Shown here: piece after piece, positions 45,994-52,125 of the stretch
Position numbering within the stretch: position 1 is the stretch's first letter
How the letters are laid out: each line of letters opens with the position of its first letter
Assembly (NCBI GenBank): GCA_044344145.1
Contig: JBIJDM010000001.1
Coordinates: 1-52,125, forward strand
From: Phycisphaerae bacterium
Lineage (GTDB): Bacteria > Planctomycetota > Phycisphaerae > WQYP01
DNA length: 52,125 nt
Direction of reading: 5' to 3'
Position numbers and translations under genes: made by a program
The notes under the pieces: generated by a model
Seen by the model: only the letters and a program-made list of their open reading frames with translations
Databases searched by the model: none
Told to the model about the DNA's origin: nothing

Positions 45994-47340
45994 ATGAACT
46001 CCATGAATACCGCGATAGCCACCCAAATACCACTGGCCGACATAGCCGCACTGCCCCAGGCCCAGTTATGGACCACCACCCTGGCAGGCGTAAACCAGTT
46101 GCTCGAAGTGGCCAGAGAACATATGCACGTCGTGGGGATGCCCACGGGCAAGGAAGAAGCGTGGCGTTATTCGCGCTATGCCCCGTTGGGTACGGCGACC
46201 TTTGTGGCCGGGGCCAAACCGGCGGTGGATGTGGCGATAACGCCCGACCTCGATGCGGATCAGGTGTTGATCAACAATGGTTGGTTGGACCTGATGGGAG
46301 TTGCGACGGCCCATCTGCCGGGAGGCGTGTTTATTGGGCGTTTGGCGCAGGCCCCCGCTCCTATTCAAACGGCCGCACTCAAGCACTGGTCCAAGATACT
46401 CCCCGCCAATACCGATGCCTTTGCCAGCTTGAATTTATTGCGGCATGAAAACACACTGCTGATTTATGTCCCCAAGGGGGTGACATTGTCCCGGCCGGTG
46501 GCGATTTACAACCGGGTGACCAACTCGCAGCCGCTGGCAGTGTTCCCGCGCATCTTGATTGTGGCGGAGCAATCCAGCGCTCTGACGGTGTACGAACGCC
46601 ACGAGGGTCCGCAAGATGTCGCCTATTATAATGGCACCTGTGTGGAAGCGTATGTGGGTGAGAATGCTAATCTGGACCACTATTATCTGGACACCAGCGG
46701 AATGGCCAGTCTGTCGGTACAACACCGCAACACCCTCATGCAGCGGGCCAGTAATTACCAGTTCCACAGCCTGATGATCGGCGGACAGTTGTTGCGGATG
46801 AATGTCACCCCTACCATGGCCGGGCCGGGGGGCGTGATGATTCTGAACGGACTGTACCTGCCCAGCGAACACCGCCATCATGACATTTCCATGCGGGTAC
46901 GGCACAGCGCCGAGCATTGCGACAGCCACCAATATTACAGCGGGATTTTGCAGGATTTCAGCACCTCGGCCTTCAGTGGCCGGATCAATGTGGACCCCGG
47001 CGCCCAGAAGACCGATGCCAAGCAAACCAATGCCAACCTGCTGTTGAGTAATGAGGCCCGGGCGCACACCCGGCCCCAGCTGGAAATCTATGCCGATGAT
47101 GTGAAGTGTACCCACGGGGCCACGGTGGGCCAGTTGGACGAAAAGACCGGCTTCTATCTGCAGGCCCGGGGCATTCCCAAAGATATTGCCCGCGGGATGC
47201 TGATCTATGCGTTTGCCAGTGAAACCATCGGCCGAATGCGGAATGCAGAACTGGGCAAATTATTTTCCCGTCTGATGCTGCGGCATCTGCACCTGGGCGA
47301 AGCGATTGAATTGGCGTTGACGGAAGATTACTTCGATTGA
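45994..47340 (+). CDS. sufD: Fe-S cluster assembly protein SufD
   Basis: 448 aa. SufB/SufD beta-helix C-terminal region ([37 protein letters not shown]). The start could be the ATG at 46003. Confidence 0.85.
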   Translation: MNSMNTAIATQIPLADIAALPQAQLWTTTLAGVNQLLEVAREHMHVVGMPTGKEEAWRYSRYAPLGTATFVAGAKPAVDVAITPDLDADQVLINNGWLDLMGVATAHLPGGVFIGRLAQAPAPIQTAALKHWSKILPANTDAFASLNLLRHENTLLIYVPKGVTLSRPVAIYNRVTNSQPLAVFPRILIVAEQSSALTVYERHEGPQDVAYYNGTCVEAYVGENANLDHYYLDTSGMASLSVQHRNTLMQRASNYQFHSLMIGGQLLRMNVTPTMAGPGGVMILNGLYLPSEHRHHDISMRVRHSAEHCDSHQYYSGILQDFSTSAFSGRINVDPGAQKTDAKQTNANLLLSNEARAHTRPQLEIYADDVKCTHGATVGQLDEKTGFYLQARGIPKDIARGMLIYAFASETIGRMRNAELGKLFSRLMLRHLHLGEAIELALTEDYFD

Positions 47341-47360
47341 TTACCCGAAAGGAAACGAAC

Positions 47361-48221
47361 ATGAGCGACTACAGCCATCCCGAAGTGCTGGTATCCACCC
47401 AATGGGTGGCGGACCATCTGCATGACCCCAATCTGCGGATCGTGGAAAGCAACGAAGATATCCTGCTCTACGATATGGGGCATGTGCCCAATGCGGTGAA
47501 GATTGACTGGGTCAATGACCTGAATGATCAGGTAATCCGTGACTATCTCAGCCCGGCGGCCTTTGCCAAGTTGTGCGCGGCCAAGGGAATCGCCCCGGAT
47601 ACCACCGTGGTGTTCTACGGCGATAAGAACAACTGGTGGGCGGCCTATGCGTTCTGGGTGTTCAAGTTATTTGGACATCAAAAGTGCCTGCTCATGAACG
47701 GCGGCCGGAAGCGCTGGGAGTTGGATGGCCGACCGCTGGTGAAGGAGAAGCCCACGATCAAGCCCGCGTTCTATCCGGTACCGGTGCGGGACGATAAACC
47801 CATCCGCGTGCTGCGCGATGAGGTGTTGCAGCATGTCAAGAAATTAGGCCGGTTGGTGGATGTACGTTCGCCCAAGGAATTCTCCGGCGAATTGACCCAC
47901 ATGCCGGAATATCCGCAGGAAGGCGTATTGCGCGGCGGGCATATTCCCGGCGCCATCAGCATCCCGTGGGCCAAAGCGGCCAATGAGGACGGGACGTTCA
48001 AATCCCGCGCGGAACTGGAACAGTTGTATCTGAAGGACAACGGGCTGAAACCCGATGAATACACGGTGGTTTACTGCCGGATTGGCGAACGGTCCAGTCA
48101 TACCTGGTTTGTGCTGAATTATTTGCTGGGTTTTGGCAACGTGCGGAATTATGACGGCTCATGGACGGAATGGGGTAATGCCGTGGGCATGCCCATTGAA
48201 AAATCGCTGCCGATAAAGTAA
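47361..48221 (+). CDS. Thiosulfate/3-mercaptopyruvate sulfurtransferase (tandem rhodanese)
   Basis: ORF 47337..48221. ATG at 47361 follows AAGGAAA. Two rhodanese domains, active-site loop CRIGERSSH. Confidence 0.85.
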   Translation: MSDYSHPEVLVSTQWVADHLHDPNLRIVESNEDILLYDMGHVPNAVKIDWVNDLNDQVIRDYLSPAAFAKLCAAKGIAPDTTVVFYGDKNNWWAAYAFWVFKLFGHQKCLLMNGGRKRWELDGRPLVKEKPTIKPAFYPVPVRDDKPIRVLRDEVLQHVKKLGRLVDVRSPKEFSGELTHMPEYPQEGVLRGGHIPGAISIPWAKAANEDGTFKSRAELEQLYLKDNGLKPDEYTVVYCRIGERSSHTWFVLNYLLGFGNVRNYDGSWTEWGNAVGMPIEKSLPIK

Positions 48222-48244
48222 GGTTGAGTAGTCGAAATAATGAT

Positions 48245-48288
48245 GGGCGGTACGGGTCTGAAATTACGGCTCGTACCGCCCCTTTTGT
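48245..48288. terminator. Hairpin terminator between convergent genes
   Basis: GGGCGGTACG-17nt-CGTACCGCCC (10-bp stem) followed by CTTTTGTT on the plus strand. Sits between the rhodanese stop and the stop of the 48288-50621 gene. Confidence 0.6.
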
Positions 48289-50621
48289 TATTTGGCTTTG
48301 CTGGTGGCGCCCTTGGGGGCGTAGGTAAGCAGGATGTTGCGCATCAAGGCATAGGAAGTATCGGGGGTATAGCCAATATTACCCCAAGTTCCGGTACCCA
48401 ATAGTCCGCTGGTGAGATCATCACCGGAAATAATGGCCACCACCCGGTTCCCCTGTTTGGCCAGCAGCAAGCGTGCATTCTCGTCACTTGGGCGTTTGAG
48501 TTGGGCATACTTACGGTATTGAATGGTCGTAATCTTCGGCGCCTCATGCACACCCCCGGCCAGAATGGGATCGTTGGCCTGAATACGATCAATAGTCAGA
48601 TCAGGGTAGATCAATTTCAGTTGGTCTACAATAGTGGCACCAAACTCTTCGGCCCCGCCGGCAGCGTCGGCGATGAGCGTCCCGCCGGCATCCAGATAGG
48701 CTTTCAATTGGGCACGATCCTGCGCCTCAAAAGGCAGGGCACCGGGCGCGGTAAGATGGGCCAAGGGGGTTTTAGACGCATCAAGCTGTGCCAGCTTGGC
48801 CACACTGAGTTGCAGATCCACCGCATGATCCCGTTTCATGAGTCGGGCCAGACGTGGCCAGGCGCCCTCTTCCGGTTGCCAATTACCGCTGAATTCAATC
48901 CGGGCCAGTGGGATCGTCAACCTGGGGGCGGTTTTGGTTTCGGGGACAAACAGAGAATTCAACTTGGTACGGAGCGAACCTTTGCCGGTGGCGTAAAAGA
49001 ACAGATTAGCCGGGAACTCATAGTGGGCTTTGGTGGCAAAGCGCCGCATTTGCCAGGTGGCGCCCAAATCGGCGGCCGAGTGAATCCAAAAATGACGTAT
49101 CCCATTGGATGCGGCCAGAGTCTGGGGCAGCGTGGTGATTTTATGTTCCACGCTAAAGAGCAGGTCATCTTTGTCCAAGGCACGCATTTCATATTTGCCG
49201 TCGAAGAGTTTGTTGGCATAGCTGCGCATCGCGTTGGTAAATTCGACTGCGCCCCCGTCAGCGGTTGAGAAAATGATCCCCCCCGCCGCCACATAAGCGC
49301 GGAGCTTGGCCAGATCGGCCGGGGTGAATTTGGGGTCGCGGGAACCGGTAATCATCAAATACGGCGCATCCAGCCAGTCGGCGGGGTCCACATTCAGATT
49401 CACAGTCTGCCAGTTGATCGGACGTTCATAGGCTTTGATCAGGGCACTGGTGACATTGGCATTGTCACGTGGACGGGCGTTCCATGGACCGTTGTATTCC
49501 AGCTTGTTGAACACCACCGGATTGCGCCCCCGGGCCATGAACATCATGGCGTAGGCGGTGCCATACAGTTCATTTTTTTCCAACCGTGTACCACTCCAAT
49601 AGGTTTCTTCCCAGCCACCGGTTTTGGGATTCTGCTGCTTGAGCAGATAGTTGGCACCATCCACAAACCAGTTGCGGTTCCCGATATATTTCCGCCCGGC
49701 GGCCAGACCCACGCGCTCCATGCCATACAGACTGTAGATCAAACCCCACGCACGACTGCTGTGTTGGGTGACAATATTGTGCACCGAGACATTGTCATCA
49801 AGATATTTCATCCCCGCAGTCATATTCCGATCTTCCACGGGGGTATTGGTCAAGTTGCCCGCCACAAAATCCTGCGCGATGGACAAACTGGCCAGTCCCG
49901 CCAGCGTCATGGAAATCGAAGATTCGGAATGCCAGGACTCCTTGCTGGTCAACGAATAGTACCACCCCCCGTCACGCATCTGGGTACGACGCCAGTAATT
50001 ATCCACGGTTTTCCAGTAGGCCAGCGGAACTTCGATACCCGCATCACCGAGATACCAAATGGCCAGATTGTTGTATTGGGTGTTGGAGTTATCAGAGTGG
50101 TTACCGGTGGTGAGGGAATGCATGGTATAGCCCACCGAACCATCCGTGCGCATACAGCCTAGTAAAACCGCTTTGCAGCGTTCCAGTATGGCCCGGGTTT
50201 CGGCCTTGGTACCGGAGGCAATGACCAGACTGCTGGCTTGGAAAGCAGCCACATAGTTGGCATCATTCTTCAACTCCATCAGATATTTGATGGCGGGTGC
50301 CATATCCGGGGCGCGCGGGGTCAGACGTGGATCATCCAGACTCATGCCGGCATTGAGCAGGGCATACACGGCCAGCGCGGTGGCGCCACCACGAAAACGC
50401 TGGGCATGATCCTCACCTTCCTTGGTAGTCTCAAAAAGTATGGCTTGTTCCCACGTACCATCGGCTTTTTTAAGTTTGAGCATGCAATCAATGGCACGAT
50501 TCAAACTATTGACAATTTGCGCATCCGTCACGACCGGCACCGGGGCCGGAACCGGGGCGCATAGCGCAAAACTGCCGGTAAGCAGTATGGTGAAGCCTAG
50601 AAGATTTTTGCCACGTACCAT
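48288..50621 (-). CDS. Secreted prenyltransferase/squalene-oxidase-repeat protein fused to a DUF4159-like C-terminal domain
   Basis: 777 aa. Signal peptide, repeated xDGxW motifs (KADGTWEQ, MRDGGWYYS, KTGGWEETY), C-terminal PYLMITGSRDPKFTPADLAKLRAYVAAGGIIFSTADGG. Domain names assigned from memory. Confidence 0.6.
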   Translation of the reverse strand: MVRGKNLLGFTILLTGSFALCAPVPAPVPVVTDAQIVNSLNRAIDCMLKLKKADGTWEQAILFETTKEGEDHAQRFRGGATALAVYALLNAGMSLDDPRLTPRAPDMAPAIKYLMELKNDANYVAAFQASSLVIASGTKAETRAILERCKAVLLGCMRTDGSVGYTMHSLTTGNHSDNSNTQYNNLAIWYLGDAGIEVPLAYWKTVDNYWRRTQMRDGGWYYSLTSKESWHSESSISMTLAGLASLSIAQDFVAGNLTNTPVEDRNMTAGMKYLDDNVSVHNIVTQHSSRAWGLIYSLYGMERVGLAAGRKYIGNRNWFVDGANYLLKQQNPKTGGWEETYWSGTRLEKNELYGTAYAMMFMARGRNPVVFNKLEYNGPWNARPRDNANVTSALIKAYERPINWQTVNLNVDPADWLDAPYLMITGSRDPKFTPADLAKLRAYVAAGGIIFSTADGGAVEFTNAMRSYANKLFDGKYEMRALDKDDLLFSVEHKITTLPQTLAASNGIRHFWIHSAADLGATWQMRRFATKAHYEFPANLFFYATGKGSLRTKLNSLFVPETKTAPRLTIPLARIEFSGNWQPEEGAWPRLARLMKRDHAVDLQLSVAKLAQLDASKTPLAHLTAPGALPFEAQDRAQLKAYLDAGGTLIADAAGGAEEFGATIVDQLKLIYPDLTIDRIQANDPILAGGVHEAPKITTIQYRKYAQLKRPSDENARLLLAKQGNRVVAIISGDDLTSGLLGTGTWGNIGYTPDTSYALMRNILLTYAPKGATSKAK

Positions 50622-50757
50622 TATTAGCTCCTCATCGGTGGCGTACCACCACTAATAAATGAAACACAGCACCAGTCGCTCCATGATAGAAGATTCACCG
50701 GCAATTGGCCAGCGGTTATACTGGTCTGAGTAATTACGCGTCGAACCGGAGGTTGCC

Positions 50758-51177
50758 ATGAAGTCATATCGCCAGGAATTGTGGTTTCATCTGCCCCAAC
50801 GCCGGGGTTTTGTGAATATCACCCGGCAAGTGCAGGATGCGATCACCGCCAGCGGGGTGCGCGAGGGCATGGTGCTGGTGAATGCCATGCATATTTCGGC
50901 CAGCGTGTTTGTGAATGATGACGAATCGGGATTATTTCATGATTGGGAACAATGGCTGGAAAAGTTGGCCCCAGAACAGCCGTACCGTCAATACCGGCAC
51001 AATGACACCGGCGAGGACAACGCCGACGCCCATCTGAAACGCACCATCATGGGCCGCGAAGTGATGTGCGCGATCACCGCCGGAAAACTGGACTTTGGCC
51101 CGTGGGAACAGATCTTTTATGGCGAGTTTGACGGCCTGCGGCGCAAGCGGGTGCTGGTGAAGATCATCGGAGAATAA
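50758..51177 (+). CDS. yjbQ: YjbQ/UPF0047-family protein (secondary thiamine-phosphate synthase enzyme)
   Basis: 139 aa, [33 protein letters not shown] and [13 protein letters not shown] motifs. Confidence 0.85.
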   Translation: MKSYRQELWFHLPQRRGFVNITRQVQDAITASGVREGMVLVNAMHISASVFVNDDESGLFHDWEQWLEKLAPEQPYRQYRHNDTGEDNADAHLKRTIMGREVMCAITAGKLDFGPWEQIFYGEFDGLRRKRVLVKIIGE

Positions 51178-51180
51178 TAC

Positions 51181-51213
51181 AAAAAAAAAGCGGACACTCA
51201 GGGGAGTGTCCGC
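51181..51213 (-). terminator. Rho-independent terminator of the uxaC-like gene
   Basis: GCGGACACTC-aggg-GAGTGTCCGC (10-bp stem) followed on the minus strand by T9. Confidence 0.75.
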
Positions 51214-51250
51214 CGAGGGAGTCAATGAATTCGCTGGTCAGGGGCAACCA

Positions 51251-52125
51251 TTACGAAGCCAGGAAATCCTGGAAGTTGCCCTTGAACATGCGATAGACAT
51301 CTTTCTGGATGTCGGCAGCGGTCAGGGGCCAGCCGGTGGCGGCAGTATCGGAGTATTTATCCACCAACACTTTGCCGATGATCTGACGGCTGTGATCCCA
51401 CTTATAAAGCAGCTGATCCAGCACTCGGGCGTCTGAGTGTTGCGGGATCATGGTGGTGCCCAGCAGTTCCAACCGCATACGGGTAATCTCTTCGATCAGC
51501 GAGGGGTTGTTCAGGAACCACCAGCAACCGAAGACCATCAGGTTGCCAAACTTGCGGGCGGCCACGCACAGGGCGTGGACATTTTCGCGGGCCAGCATGG
51601 TGACAAAGAACTTGTTCTGCGGGAACTGGGCGCACAGCCGGACTACAGCGCCGACATCGGAAGTTCCAACCATATCGCCGGCATCGCCCAGCGCGGGATT
51701 GACCCGCATCTTGGAGCCAATCATCATGGCGAAGGGGATATTGCGCTCGGCACACACCGGCAGCACAATCTTTTCCAGCGCATCCTGCCCGGCCTTTTCA
51801 GCAGGATCATTAGATTCGACAGGATATTTGAACTCCGGCGGCAGCGACACGGCCATATAAATACCGACCACGCGATCCAGCCAATCACGCAGGAACTTCT
51901 GGGCCTGGGTGATGCTTTGGGCATCCACGGTGGCGTTGCAGGGATAGCCCCATTCGGTCATTTTTTTAGCGGCCAGCGGCCAGTTGCGCAGGATCGGGTC
52001 AATGCGGAGCACGCCGGTGAAGCGGGAATCCTGCCCGACTTTGGGATTGGCCAGCCAGCGGTTGCGTTCGTTGTCATCAAAGACCGCGTTGGTCATGGTG
52101 ATGGATTCAACGTTGGAGAGTTCAA
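51251..52125 (-). CDS. uxaC: Glucuronate isomerase-like (UxaC family), partial, N-terminus beyond right window edge
   Basis: Tracked as 51251..52096, but the frame stays open upstream of that ATG to base 52125 (ELSNVESITMTNAV...). The C-terminal FGCWWFLNNPSLIEEITRMRLELLG...HSDARVLDQLLYKWDHSRQII aligns by eye with E. coli UxaC FGSGWWFNDQKDGMERQ...TDSRSFLSYTRHEYFRRIL. Confidence 0.7.
   Translation of the reverse strand, partial: ELSNVESITMTNAVFDDNERNRWLANPKVGQDSRFTGVLRIDPILRNWPLAAKKMTEWGYPCNATVDAQSITQAQKFLRDWLDRVVGIYMAVSLPPEFKYPVESNDPAEKAGQDALEKIVLPVCAERNIPFAMMIGSKMRVNPALGDAGDMVGTSDVGAVVRLCAQFPQNKFFVTMLARENVHALCVAARKFGNLMVFGCWWFLNNPSLIEEITRMRLELLGTTMIPQHSDARVLDQLLYKWDHSRQIIGKVLVDKYSDTAATGWPLTAADIQKDVYRMFKGNFQDFLAS

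Noticed and set aside
51251-52125. Possibility that the uxaC-like gene is a truncated pseudogene (only 281 aa in the ORF track)
   Set aside because: The frame remains open upstream of the tracked ATG to the window edge. The gene most likely continues outside the window.

Overview
GC-rich bacterial chromosomal window made up mostly of housekeeping genes. I support 42 protein-coding genes, 2 tRNA genes (Arg-ACG, Gly-GCC), about 11 hairpin terminators and several sigma70-like promoter candidates. I saw no rRNA, CRISPR array, transposase, integrase or phage gene.

Recognisable core genes:
- Translation and transcription: valS, hisS, rpsB, greA.
- Biosynthesis: cimA-like citramalate/isopropylmalate synthase, dxr, fabI, pyrE, trpD, an ACT-malic enzyme, a YggS-like protein, a YjbQ-like protein.
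- Membrane proteolysis: a long four-PDZ rseP.
- Fe-S assembly: sufBCD followed by a rhodanese.
- Sugar metabolism: galK, a GH94 disaccharide phosphorylase, a hexose-6-P mutarotase, a GalU-like nucleotidyltransferase, a fucokinase-type GHMP kinase, a glycogen-synthase-like glycosyltransferase, a beta-PGM-like HAD hydrolase, and a uxaC fragment at the right edge.

A PEP-CTERM protein, a prenyltransferase-repeat/DUF4159-type protein, the multi-PDZ RseP and the dispersed structured repeats suggest a Planctomycetota-like genome. This is inference only.

Many long ORFs in the track are antisense shadows of real genes in GC-rich DNA, and I rejected them.

I found no clear self-contained novel system such as a defense island. 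The most unusual items are:
1. A REPIN-like inverted pair of about 95-nt three-hairpin elements with compensatory base changes (23.9-24.15 kb), and a second family of tandem bipartite hairpin motifs (36.27-36.43 kb).
2. A GPH/MFS transporter with a ~470-aa domain inserted before its last TM helix, translationally coupled to a two-TM partner (6.27-9.64 kb).
3. A terminator/antiterminator-like leader directly upstream of cimA.
4. An rpsB terminator hairpin that engulfs the start codon of the next gene.
5. Small AT-richer orphan-gene pockets (4.57-5.88 kb and 36.5-37.1 kb).
6. A stand-alone B12-binding-like protein with a shifted His motif.
7. A HYExAFE-type PD-(D/E)xK-like protein coupled to hisS.
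8. A split Fkp-like kinase/nucleotidyltransferase pair at the left edge.
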